Shown piece after piece: positions 38,621-51,446 of a DNA stretch of 64,000 bases. Under the pieces are notes generated by a model. It ran no database searches, was not told where the DNA came from, and was given only the letters and a program-made list of their open reading frames with translations. The DNA comes from Convolutriloba macropyga. Lineage: Eukaryota. Location: the NCBI RefSeq assembly GCF_964194025.1, contig NC_134478.1, forward strand, positions 25,296,001 through 25,360,000. Reading direction: 5' to 3'. Each line of letters starts with the position of its first letter. The stretch's first letter is position 1. The position numbers and the translations under genes were made by a program.

Positions 38621-41600
38621 TCCCAAAACTCTATTGGGATTGAAAGGAAAGAAAACATCAACAAAAATTGATTTTTGTATAAAAACATTTTAAGTGCGAT
38701 TTATTTTGATGTCATTTTGTAATTGAACATACTCCTGTCTCTCACTGAGAGGCTACAGGGTCTAGTAGCAATACCAATACTCATTATAGATACTAACTAA
38801 AACTTATGAGAACAAAGTTCAAGTACCGGGCATCTAAAAATGGGCTTTATGGGTTTATCCCGTTTCTATTTCTGACTTTGATTTTTTTATACTGACTCTT
38901 CATTTTGAATTGCTTTGCTGAGCAGCTGCTGTTTAAAAGGACTTTGAGCAGAATGACAGAAGAGTGAAACTAGCCTAGAGAAGTGAAAAAGATTTCACGC
39001 AAAAAGTCTAAAAAGCGGCAAAATGAGGTAAAGCAAAAAAAAAGTTCGACGAAGTAAAAAAATAGGAGCGCTATAATAGCCGGCTGAGAAGATGAGGGCG
39101 GTTATTATTAATTGGAGTCTAAAAAAAACTGCTTTATTCTAAAAATATTAAACTAAAAAACTGCTTGAACAAATGTCAATCAATAATAAGACAAGAACAG
39201 AAAACCACTCTTTTCGTTCAACTTTTCGGCAATATGACCAAACCACTTTGCTTTCACACAATTTTCTTCCTGTTTTAAATACACTCCAACATAAATACCA
39301 ATAAAAAGACGCTCCACCAATACTCCTCTTCGACGAGTCGCAAAATCTAAGAGAAAGCCACAAGTTGCCTCTGTTAAGAAAACTACCCCTTAAATTACCT
39401 GGATTCCTACAAAAGCAAGCAATAAAACCATAATCAAACCACAAAATAAAAAAACAATATACCAATAAATCAACTAAACAGAAACGAGAAAAGTCACTGA
39501 TTTATTTCTATAATACATGTAGAATAAATACCAAAAATGTTTCTGTTTCTATTGCTAAATAGCTTTAAAATTCGAAAAAAGCTGCACAAACCACAAGAAA
39601 ATCATTAAACTCCAATTAATTACAAAAAACTTTGCTAACTGCACATGCTCAAAAATAATTGAGCCTATTCAAACCACTAAACCAAAACAAAAACTTTTTG
39701 AACAAAAAAGCTGCTTAAAGAATCTGCACGTGAGAAAAAAATTTCCCTCGCTTACAGAAAATTTTTCACGCGTCAATTTCTCGCTCTCTCATAAAACAGC
39801 AACTTAAAATACTCTTTTCGCTCCACTTCCTAAATTTGTTCAATACTTCAAATTTTTTCAAGGTTTTCATTTCCTTCATCAAAATTCACTCCAAAAAACT
39901 GATTAAAAAACGCCTCCATTACTTTTCAGGTCGTAACAAGACAGCCCACCAATACGGTCCAAAAACCAGGGGTTGTAACAAAAACAAAGCGCCCAAATAA
40001 TTGGCGTTGCGAGGCTGGCGGCGGTTATTAATAATGTCTGGATTCAAAAAACATTAGACAAAACTATTCATTTTTTGAGCAAGGAAGAAACATTCTGGTT
40101 AAGCGGTCCATTCATATAAAGAAAAGTAAGGTTAACCTACCTTAGAATGAAATGCTGGTTGCACTTTTCACGGGTAATGTAACACCACGGGCTTATTTAT
40201 AGATTACATGTAGTATATATATTAAGTCTGGCTTGCTCTCAGTGGGAACTTGAGTCAACAAAGCCTTTCCTCTTTTGTTAAAACATTGCCTACATGTCCA
40301 TTAAAACAGAGGCAGAAATTTATTGATTACAAATACCACAAAGCGCACGCCAGAGAGCACGTATGTTGGTATTGAAAACGCATACAAGTGCTCCGAGATT
40401 CTAAATATCCGAGCACAAAAATCAAGAGAACAAAATAATTTTAGTTCAACTGTTTTCTAAGAAAACAAAAGTTTTGGATCCAAAACACTTGAATTCCGAG
40501 AGTACATAAATAAAATTTACATCAATTCCATATACCCGGAAGTTTATTTTAATTACACGTAATTCTTAATTCAGTGGACGTGCATATCTACCTCGGAAAA
40601 TGAAGCACATTGATTTATCTAATGTAGAAAAATGCAGAACACAGCCGACAGCGTGACGTAGTAATGTGTATATGGTCGCTTCCGCACGGTGGAGCCGATT
40701 CCAGCCATGCTTAAAATCGCAATTTTTGCTTTTATTACAATTAGCTCATTCTTACTAATATTTTCTTTAATTTAATATTTCTTGTTATTTTACTCTAAAA
40801 AAACAATAATAATAAAAATTTATATATATCTCTAAAAATTATAAAAATCTAATTCACTGATAGAATCTAAATTTACCATTACTATCTCTAATGCCTTTAT
40901 CATCAAATGGATCTATAGCTATAAGCACAACCAAAAATGAAAAATTAGCCAAAAATAAGCCAAAATCCGCATACGGCTGCGCATAGTTTCCTACTCAGAA
41001 TAATGCGCAAGTATGCGGGCATGCGCTTATATTTTAATTTTTTCAAAAATTTTATTATTATATTTCAGGCTCATCAGGGAACCTGCTTCGCAGATAATTT
41101 TATTAAAAATAAGGCTTTAGATAAGGGTTTGAGATAAGGCTAAAGATAAGGCTTTAGATAAGGTTGGAGATAAGGCCAATGATAATGCTAATGATAATGC
41201 TAATGATAATGCTAATAATAAAGCTAAAGATATGAAAAATAATTTAATAATCTACTCTTCTAATAATTTATCTATATCTAGACATTTGGCTTTTAATTTA
41301 CAATAAATTAGATAAAATTTATAATACTCTGTTTCTTTTATTTCTTTATCAGGATGAAGACCCCCTTGCCAGATCTATATTTTTATGAGAATTTTTTATA
41401 TGCTTCCTTAACCCACTAAAGCTAATAATCGAAGGGCAATATTCACACTTAACTTTAGTTGAACTACATTCCTTACATATTGACTTCTTTTTATCAAAAC
41501 ATGTTATTTGTTTTGCTGCATCTATTACAAATTTTATTTATATCAAATTTTGTTTCTATATGGTTATTTGTTTCTATACGTCCGTGGCAAGCCAAAGGGG

Positions 41601-42759
41601 CTTCACCCTTCGTACCCAATTGCTTTGCAGATTAGAATCAGTGAAACTGCTTCGCAGATCAGAATTAGAATCAGAATTATAATCAGTGAAAGGGGCTTCG
41701 CCCTTGGTTCCCCAACTGCTTCGCAGATTAGAATCAGAATTAGAGCTGAAGATAGAACTAGAGCTAGAACATTTTGAAGCAGTACCCCTTAACTTAGAAG
41801 AAATTTCTTCCACACAATTACCACTTATTGTTTGATTTCCACATGCACACTTACTAACTTTATCTTTATGTTCTATTTTTTAATGAAAAAGCAAAGTGTG
41901 TGGGGTTCCACATCTATAATTACAATCTAAACATTTCATATGCATTATTTCTAAGGAATCAAAACTTTTTATTTATTTATAACTGATCATAAATCTGTAT
42001 ATTTATTTATATTTATAATTATACTTATATTTATATTTATATTTATAATTATATTTATATTTAATTATATTTATAATCATTAATAACTAGCTATAATTTC
42101 AATTAAACTTCTAGAATGATCTTAAGAGAAGGTAAACATACCCAAAATGTTCATACCTAGCATAGTAAGAGTATCATACTTATATCTTTTATCTAAAATC
42201 TTCTCATTACCCAACCCAGTTTTATCTCCAACTAAATTTATAACTTCATCTCTAAATTTTTGATTATTTTTTTATAGATCTTTTAAATTATCTCTACCCT
42301 TTTCATTTAAAGCTTCACTATCTTCATCTACGAAGGGGCTCCGCCCTTGGTTCCCCAAGCAGCTTCCCTGATAAATATACTCTTCTTGCTGATTGGTATT
42401 ATTATACAAAGAAGAAACTCCATGTTGATGATGAAACTTCGTGCATCCGTGAAACGGCTTCGCCGCTGATTCACCATTCTCTTGATATGAAGGTGGTGAC
42501 CCATCCTCGCCCCAAGCATGGTTCAATAATGTATCCGTTCTAATTATCATATGACTTGCATGTGCTGTCACTTGTGCTGTAGTTCTTACTTGTATCAGGT
42601 TTAATACAATTATATATCCAAAATAGTGCTCTCAAACCCCCTGATATACACCCTATATACTTTGCCCAATTAGTAGCAATCTTTTCTTTTGTTAGAACAT
42701 CATTCTGAATTTTAATAACTCTTGAAGTAAGAAGTTTATTAAAGTAGAATATATAGTTA

Positions 42760-43560
42760 TCTTTATTAATAGTATTTCTGTCTGTAGCACTATTCATTAG
42801 TGGTTTAATATAATCTATAATTTTATTTATCTCACTAATCTCTAATTCATTTTTTAAACTAAGAGCTTTAAGGTCTAGGAAACCAACTCTTTAGTCATAT
42901 ATCTTAGTTCTATTTCGATCATAAAAAATAAAAGTTTCCTCTTTCTTATTATAATTAATCATACCATAACGAAGAGCATCATCTGTCCCATCTGTACAAT
43001 TATAATAACTAATATTTAAATCTTGAATTATACCATGGAAGTCAAGCTTACACTCATATGTTGTTTTAAAATTCTTAAATAGATTGGCCCCATTATAAGT
43101 TGTTATACAAATAGTGTCACAATTCATTCTAGCCACAAAATCTATCTGAGCTGGTTTACGACGCATTACAATCATTTGAATATTTTTATTTCTTCCTTCT
43201 GTAAAATAATAAATTATATCCTTATTAAACTCATCACCCATATCATCAAGAACAATTACGCTATTTTGGAATTTGCGTATATTTTTCATTGTGATCATAT
43301 TTATATCACCCATTTCAAATCCAGCATAGGGGGCACCTGTCTCGGGATCAATCCAATCCTTTTCATCTTTACATACTATGATTATATTTTTGTTATCTTG
43401 ATCTTGTTCCTGATGGGTCTCCGACCATCAGTGAACGGACTTCGCCCGTGGCACGTCAAACGGCTTCGCCGATGCATTGCCATCCAAGTATAACTTTAAA
43501 TATTGTCTAACAAAATAAGTTTTTCCCGTACCAGTAGCACCTAAACAATAGTATGTAATA
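42760..43560 (-). pseudogene. A32/FtsK-like packaging ATPase 1
   Basis: Walker A GATGTGKT (43518-43541), Walker B VIVLDD, FTEGRNKNIQMI. Confidence 0.75.
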
Positions 43561-43867
43561 GTGACTTTTCAGATTCGAATCTAACTAAACTTTTATTCAG
43601 AAACCCACCAAAGTTTTATTCTAGTTTTGTATATCTACTTGGCAAGTCATAATACATTATAAAACAAACAAATGCTACTAACACGAGAATAAAAATTAAG
43701 GGACCGTTCTTCATTTTTATATGTTGAATATAGTCTTATAATTAGACTTAGATTTATAATTAGACTTAGACTTATAATCAGGTTTAGACTTATGGGTCTT
43801 CGACCATCCGTGAAACGGCTTCGCCGATGCTTTGCCATAATTAAACATTAATAATTATTATATAAAA

Positions 43868-44362
43868 ATGCTTATCCTAAGTTTTGAAGAATTCAATAAT
43901 GAATTTGGTATTGATAATGAACCAATGAGTAATATCAGAATAAAAGATATAGGTAAAGATATAAGTCTAAACCCAATAGAAATAATAATGAGAGATGAAA
44001 AACCAGAAATGATTTATGAAACCAACTGCAACATTATTGTTAATTTACTTCCAACTGATGCCACTCATTGGGTTCTAGTTATAAGAAGGAGAGCTGGTAA
44101 GGTTTATTACTTTGACAGTTTTGGTGTACAGATTCCACCATTATTCTTAGAAGAATATGTTGATCTGGGCTCTAATGAAAAAATACAAGAAAATAATAAA
44201 TCTTATTGTGGCGCTTATTGTTTATATAAGATCTATCTTATAGATAGACGATTGACAATAGAGGGTGCTTTGGATATTCTAGTTAATCAAGTTAAATGTC
44301 CTGATGGATATAAAAAGTGTCAGTGTTTGGGTTGTAAAGTTGGAGTTGAAGGTAATCAGTGA
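43868..44362 (+). CDS. Adenain-like cysteine protease
   Basis: THWVLV, YYFDSFG, IQENNKSYCGAYCLY (H-D-Q-C). Confidence 0.88.
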   Translation: MLILSFEEFNNEFGIDNEPMSNIRIKDIGKDISLNPIEIIMRDEKPEMIYETNCNIIVNLLPTDATHWVLVIRRRAGKVYYFDSFGVQIPPLFLEEYVDLGSNEKIQENNKSYCGAYCLYKIYLIDRRLTIEGALDILVNQVKCPDGYKKCQCLGCKVGVEGNQ

Positions 44363-45232
44363 ACCTGCAGAGCTTGTTCGCAGATGGTAATGACAATGAC
44401 AATCAGGGAAACTGCTTTGCAGATGACAAACAAGAATCCTCCTTATCAGAAGAAGATGACATAGTATGGTCGAAGGCTCAAGATTCCCCCACCAAACAAA
44501 GAGATAAGCCTTGTTCACAATGTGGATGTGGATGTGGAGGGACCCCTCCCCTTAAAGTATCAAGGCTTGGTGCGCCAGTAAATAGTAAAGGAAACTTATT
44601 TATCAATGTTAATGGAAGTCTACAATCATGGATAACTGATAGAAATATAACAGTCTATGCCCCCTTCCCAGAAAAGCTCAGATGTATAATAGCAGGTCCT
44701 AGTGAGTGTGGTAAGACAGTCTTATTAAAGAATCTATATATACCCGGCATACAATTTGATAGATTATATATCATTGGTCCTACTGGTAATCAACTTGATG
44801 ATTTAGAGTATAAAGATGTCGTGTTTATTAAGGATATAAAAGAATTACCCCACCCCGATAAACTACCGAAAGATATAAAAAAAACTCATGATATTTGATG
44901 ATATTTTAGCTAAGGAACCAACTATTAATGAATACTTTTGTAGAGTTAGAGATGAAAACTGTGATATGATATCTTAAACAAAAAATCTTCTCTGCAGACA
45001 GACAGAATGTTAGAGAGAACTGTAATCTATTTATTTTCTTTGAACAGACGGGCAAAGCCATCACTGCTATATATTATGATCACTTTACTGGATCTCAACT
45101 TAGTTATAATGATTTTAGTAATAGATGTGAAAAGGTGTGGTCCAAGCCTTATAATAACATTGTCATTGATAAATCTAAAAATAGATATGATTGTGGTGAA
45201 CTAAGAATTAATTGGGATTGGAGAGTTCTATA
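44359..45232 (+). pseudogene. A32/FtsK-like packaging ATPase 2 (frameshifted)
   Basis: IIAGPSECGKT, LMIFDDI, RQNVRENCNLFILFEQ across frames. Confidence 0.82.
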
Positions 45233-45393
45233 GTTTAATAATATTTATAATTAGGTATAAGTCTAAGTCTAAGTATAAGTCTAAGTATAAATCTGAGTCT
45301 AAGTCTAGGTCTAATTATAAGTATAAGTCTAAGTATAAGTCCAAGTATAAGTATAAGAATATAACTAAATCAGATGGACCTTTGGTCAGCTAG

Positions 45394-46111
45394 TTACACT
45401 AGATGCAAAGTAAAACTCAATACATCCCCATTAAAGTCTATAGGTCTTCCATGCTCATCTTTAATATGAAATTCAATCTATTCTATTCTATCCTTTGTTA
45501 CATTTTGATATAAGATATTAGTCGGTATAATATTTATTAGATAGCCTGGTGGTTCTGTTAGAGTAAAAGTATATAGTATGTCTGTGCTATTGCCATTATC
45601 TTTAACACCAGATATAAGATTACAATGAATATTAATAGTACTAAAACCCATAATATCAATAATCCTTTGAGATGCATATTTACCTTGATCATATACTTTT
45701 TTCTAAAACCCAGTAATGGGGCTATTGAGTTTTCTACATCAAAGTTAATTGCACCTCTTGTTTTATTTCCATTAAACATTTCATTGTTTTCTTATCGGGT
45801 TCTATTATAACATTACCATTAGTTTCTTCATTTATTAATTGTGCTATTCCAGTTAATTCATATGCACCTGGTGTAATAGCTATAGCCATACCTTCATATA
45901 AGAGTTGATTATTATTTCTATTTACATTAAACACTGAGTTATAAACAGATAATCTAATTAAAACTAATTTTGTTGTATTAAGTATAGTTTAACTAAAGTT
46001 AAACTTTTCTCTTGTCTTTATCATTCTAAAGTTAAGTGTGTGTTCTTCTTTAGTTTTAGTTAAAGCTTCATGTATCTTTTGTAGTTCCCATAAGATTAAA
46101 CTTTCAGTCAT
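45394..46111 (-). pseudogene. Minor capsid (penton-like) protein
   Basis: ITPGAYEL..IN; APLLGF; IHCNLISG..NG..DILYTF..PPGY.I..IEFHIKDEHGRPIDFNG. Confidence 0.7.
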
Positions 46112-46127
46112 TTTTTGACTTATAAAA

Positions 46128-47400
46128 ATGGACTTTGATTTGAATACAAATTCATATCAAATGCAATTTGATATGAATTTAATAAAGATATACACAAAAG
46201 TAAGATTATAAAATATAAACCAAATAAACTAGCAACAATGAATACCATTAATACTAACATTAATATCATTCTCAATAGAGAAGAGAATCATTTAAATGTA
46301 CACGATTCATATCTAGAGATAGCGTTTGTTGTATCAGATAATGCTGGTGGTGTATTTGCTAATAATGCTAATATCAGATAGTTAATTGTGGTTATGATGG
46401 CATTATTTAGTTCAGTTAAGCTTGAAACTAGTGGTGGTAGGACAATTGAATAAATAGATCATTGTCATCCTAATCTATTGATGTATAAGTTATTAACTAG
46501 TACTGGTCATTAATGAGAGTGGTTTTTGTTAGAAATCAATGTAATAGAGATAGTCAACTCAAAGGTGATCATGCTGCTGCAGAAAGAGGTCAAATGTATA
46601 TGATGGTTAAGATGAGAGATCTATTTGGTTTTGTGATTGACTTAGAAAAGATTATATATGGGTTAGGATTTAAACTAATATTAAAACGAAATAATAATGA
46701 TAGAGCTCTATTTAGAGTTGATGCTGATCCCGACCGGGTGGCTAATGATGGTAATATAGATATTGGAGATATATCATGGTGTATACCTAGTATTGTTCCT
46801 ATTAATAATAAAAGAATTATGGTACAGAAAGGATTAAATAAAAAGAATAATATTGATTTTAGTTATTATGAAAGACATTTTATAAGAATGTACCCAATGC
46901 TACTAACTTCTTATTTGATCTTGGTATGGAAAGTGATATGGAAAGATCCCAATATATAATAATTGGTTTTGAAAATAATAATGTTAATGAACAAACTCAT
47001 GATGCAAGTACGTTTGATATAATGAATGCTACTGAATGTTATTGTAAGATTCGTAGCGAGTTTTATCCAGAAGATAGAATGAATATTAATTATGGTACTA
47101 ATAATCATAATGATGCTTTTAAAGAGATTGTTGATTTTAATAAAGATTATAATGGATTACCCCATAATATTAAACCATATATAAATCATATAAAGTTATA
47201 CATTCAAAAGTAGTTATAGAATATATGTATTTGATACTAGATATCAAAATGATCACATAGGTCCACAACCAATACAAACTAATTTCAAATTTAGTGTTGC
47301 AGTTGCAGATGTTATATGTCATGCATTAGTGTTAACTAGAAAGGTTATTAGTGTTAATAGTGATGGTCATAAGATGGCTGATATAGTCTTGAAGTTATAA
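46128..47400 (+). pseudogene. Major capsid protein (double jelly-roll type, inferred)
   Basis: DSYLEI, ALFSSVKL..IE, RDLFGF..YGLGFKLILKRNNNDRALFR, YIIIGF, FYPEDRMNINY, IYVFDTRYQ. Size is about 420 codons. Confidence 0.72.
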
Positions 47401-47789
47401 TATACTTATACCTAATAGTATAGTTATAGTTAATAATAGTATAGTTATATTTTTAGTTATATAATTGTACTTATACATAGTAATACCCATATACTTATAC
47501 TTGTACTTATACATAGTAATACCCATATACTTATACTTATAGCCAGTTAGCTCTAGTCATTATCTTAATCAAATTCTTTCCTATTAGTCTTAACAAAACC
47601 TTTAGCATAAGAAGTGTCTAGTTTCTTTTTATTCTCTAGAGTTAGACCTCTAGCTTCAGGTTTAGTCTTGGGCTTAGGTAATGGCTTAGGCTTAGGCTTG
47701 GGTTTAGTCTTAAGCTTAACAACAAAGGGATTATACTTTTTAACTTCATTATTTTTTATATATAAATCTGAGTACCTTTAATAAGTTTA

Positions 47790-48185
47790 AAACTAATTCT
47801 TATTGTGTTGGTGGTAGGCATTATAGTGATACTAATAATATAAGAGGGGTTATCTCAGCCAAAGGAACTAAGATGTTAAAGGGTAATTGTAATAAGTGTA
47901 AAAGGAATAAATCAATGACTGTCAGTGGTGCAACAATAGAAGCAGAAGGATTGAACGATTTGCTAAAGTGTTGGTAAAGCAACAGTTAACTTTGGAAAGA
48001 AAGTCGCTAATAATCCTGCGAGGGGTTAAGAGATTGCAAGTGAAATAGGAAGTGCGGCTGCAAGTAGAAACCCTAAAACAGCTCTAGCAGCCAGACCTGA
48101 TTCAATTAAATTTGCAACTACTGGTGAAGGTATAAGAGTAGTACAGAAAGGTAGAGGGTTATATTTAGGTACAAAGAAGAGATAG
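47790..48185 (+). pseudogene. Small Cys-containing / amphipathic core-like virion protein
   Basis: YCVGGRHYS..GNCNKCKRNKS; EAEGL..VGKATVNFGKKVANNP; C-terminal GRGLYL. Confidence 0.5.
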
Positions 48186-48428
48186 TTTAACTATATTAGA
48201 GTTTAAATAATAACTGACTATCAGGAAGTGCTTCGCAGATGACTATGGGTATGACTTTAGCTATGACTATAAGTGTAAGTCCATGACTATGACTATGACT
48301 AGGACTATAACTATAAGTGGAAGTCTATGACTATGACTAGGACTATGGCTATATCTACATCTAAGGGTAAATATAAATACTAATATTATTATTACTAAAT
48401 AAACTATTATAACTAAGCACTATTAACT

Positions 48429-48998
48429 TTAGTTTAAAAGAACACTCAATTTATTTTTCTTATTCTTCTTATATTCCTCATATACCTTAACTAATTCATT
48501 ATATTCGTCGTTACCTATTTCATTATCATTCATTAATTTAGTATATAGTTTATTAAACTTGTCACTAAACTGTTTACTTAAAATATACATTTGTGAATAC
48601 TTTATAATTTTATTTCTTATTTTAGTATTAATTGTTTTTGATAATGAACCACAAACAGTTGCTGTAGCAAAAACTGTTGGTATAGAATAAGGTAATCCTG
48701 TACCTGTTAATGCAACTGATGTTGATGTTGCAGTTGTTGCTATAGATAATACTATTTCTGTTATCTCAGCTACGTTAATATAATTCTTATATCTACTTAA
48801 CTTCTTATTATAATTATTAGTTTCAGTTTCATAATAATTTCTAAAATCTTTCATAATTTTAATGTTGTTATTAAATTTATTTTTAGCTTGAATCTTTTCA
48901 TTTACCAATTTTTCTGATAGAGAAGATAGACCCGGATATGATAATCCCTCACTCGGTGCTGTTGGTTGACTCATTTTCAGTAGTAAAATAACTCTCAA
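48429..48998 (-). CDS. Polinton membrane-associated protein with hydrophobic hairpin (possibly the 'gasderminX' class)
   Basis: Coiled coil, IVLSIATTATSTSVALTGTGLPYSIPTVFATATVCG, then DNEIGNDEYNELVKVYEEY. The ORF is intact. Confidence 0.5.
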   Translation of the reverse strand: MRVILLLKMSQPTAPSEGLSYPGLSSLSEKLVNEKIQAKNKFNNNIKIMKDFRNYYETETNNYNKKLSRYKNYINVAEITEIVLSIATTATSTSVALTGTGLPYSIPTVFATATVCGSLSKTINTKIRNKIIKYSQMYILSKQFSDKFNKLYTKLMNDNEIGNDEYNELVKVYEEYKKNKKNKLSVLLN

Positions 48999-49189
48999 TA
49001 TATTTCATTATATCTTCTTGTTTAAAATCATAATGCATCTCTAGTCTTGATTGTTCTTTGTTGTCTACTAGCTTACTTTCTAATAATACAGCTATTATAT
49101 ATATTATAACCTCATCATTAATATTTCTTATATCTACATCATTGATATATGGTTTTCTCTTAAACCCCTCCATCTATTAACACATGCAT

Positions 49190-49650
49190 CACCCAATTGA
49201 ATATTAGTAATTGACTGATTAAACTTATTGTTATCAAACTCCACTTTTAATTCATTTTATTTAGAAATGGTTTCAGCGGAGACTTTGCTGCCAAAATGAA
49301 CAATATTAGTTTCAATTTCAGTTATCTTATTGGCGAGTGTGGATATATTAGATGAGTTAAGAGAAACTAGTTCAACTGTATCACCATCAATCCATACAGT
49401 ATCTCCATTGGTTGCAGATGATGGCAAACCAATAATGTTTGCATTTAGTTGGCCAATTGTAACTTCATCAAATTTACCTTTTCTTAATTCAGTTATGTTT
49501 TTAATTAAAATATCTATTTTATTATTAGATTATAATAGGTTATCATCACAATACTCTTTATTAACAACATCTTTTTGATCTATGGGAGGGTGTACATTTG
49601 TAATTTTATAAGTATCGTTCATGTCAATATTATCCTTATCTTCTAAGGAA
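49190..49650 (-). pseudogene. Fibre-like protein relic
   Basis: NIDMNDTYKITNVHPPIDQKDVVNKEYCD motif, typical of viral fibre repeats. Confidence 0.45.
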
Positions 49651-49689
49651 TGAAACAAGAGCCTTACTTAGTGTTAAGTTGTTCATTGA

Positions 49690-50330
49690 TGTTGATTGAT
49701 GTTTAGCCTGATTGAATCTATTTCTTGTCATCTTTGTATTTGTTTACAATAAGAAATATACCTAATGATTCCAAAACCTGATAATCATATTCAAAATCAA
49801 ACTCGGATTTTAATGGTTCCTCTTCATAGTATTTACCTTCTACGATCTCACCATTAATATCTTCTATTCTGTATGTTGGTATCTACTATTCTTAATTATG
49901 TGTAATAATGTTCCATTAAATCTCTCTATAAATACAGCCTTTAAATCACTGTATGTAGAATACAGTTCTGTCTCATATTCTTTAAGATCTAAATGTTTTA
50001 TTGTAAAACTCACTACCTCTATCTACCCATAACTTTTCTGGTTTTCTAGGTTCAGAGCCACCTTCTGGGTGTTCACTTAATACTATTTTAAAACCATTAG
50101 TTATAGATAAACCAGATTTATTCTTTGAAGGAATAGCCCATGCATATTTTGTGAATATATCTATAACTGTTAATATAAACTTATAATTATTGTTGTATTT
50201 ACTTAGAGATGACTTATCAATTAAATCAGCTGACCATATATCATCTTTATATAATGGTATTATTCTTTGTCTTTTAAACTTTGTTATTTGAGGACTAAAT
50301 ACTTCTTTAGCTAGAGTTGTTGTTTAGTTT
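49690..50330 (-). pseudogene. Polinton-type retroviral-like integrase (partly deleted)
   Basis: IWSADLID, YKFILTVIDIFTKYAWAIP, LWVDRGSEFYN, PTYRIEDINGEIVEGKYYEEE. Confidence 0.88.
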
Positions 50331-50459
50331 TAATTGTGCTTTGTTGTTTCATTATGGATGTAGTTATAGGCTTACTCATCTGCGAAGCAGTTTCCCTGAT
50401 GGACGTGGTTGTAGGCTTACTCATGGACGCAGTCATAGTTTTGCTCATTTACCATAATT

Positions 50460-51416
50460 AAAAACAAAATTGTCTAGTTGTTCTTGATTGATAATATTCA
50501 TAGATAATAGTTGTTAGATATATATTTAACATTTCATCATAAAATCCATCATGACCAGCTTTTGTTTCTAGTATAAGTAATTCTAGTCTTTCTACTAAAA
50601 TATTCGGGTCTATTTCGCTAAGACCACTAGCTTTCACTTCTTCATCACTCTCGTAAACAGTTTCTTCCTCTTCTTCTACTACAGCCCCTTACTCATAATC
50701 ACTAGTATCACGTTGATATTTTTCGTCTTCACTGGAGGTTGGTATTGATATAACCTGAGAAGTGGGTTCACCGATACTAGCAATTATTCTTCTTATAAGT
50801 TTTGATCTATTACTTTTAGTATCTCCTCTTTGTTTATAACCAATATCCTTTAGAAATTGTTTTATTTTGATTTCATCGCCTTTCGGTTACATCTTTACTA
50901 GTAATAAACACAGCAAAGCCCTTAGAAAAATCATAGACTTTACATTTCAATTTTATACTATCTGGTATTAGAGATACATCTATATCAATTATTATAAATT
51001 TGTTTGAACTCGCATCAACTGATATTAATTGGAGTTGTTTAATTGTTTGTTTACCCATTTCTAACAAAATATCAATCATATCATTGTCTACAGTAAATGT
51101 TTTTCCTCTATCATCTTTTAATTTTACAGGTATCGGGTGTGGATGTTATGACAGCAGCTCGTTCATCAAGAAAACTGTTTTGTTGTTGGTGCCATAGACT
51201 CTTTAAAGCATAAGTATTACTGTCTAATGCGGTTAAAGTTTTGTTTTGAAGAGTTTGCATTGATTCAGCGTTTGTATTTAAAGTTTTAGTTAAAGGATCA
51301 AATAAATCTTCTATATCGCCATAATATTCTTGTTGTCTTAGTTTATCTTCTAATCTATTTCTTCTGTTTAGTGTTTCTAGTTTGTTTAATTCTATAAGTT
51401 TATCTAGCTTAGTCAT
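50460..51416 (-). pseudogene. Polinton hypothetical protein (fragmented)
   Basis: ORFs 51111-51416 and 50873-51079 plus downstream DPNILVERLELL. Function unknown. Confidence 0.45.
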
Positions 51417-51446
51417 TTTTCTATTTGTTAAGATAAAATTTAAGTT

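Noticed and set aside
47640-47725. Hexamer tract as another intergenic spacer
   Set aside because: It reads as a KPKPKP coding repeat of a small basic minus-strand ORF, so it was excluded from the spacer set.
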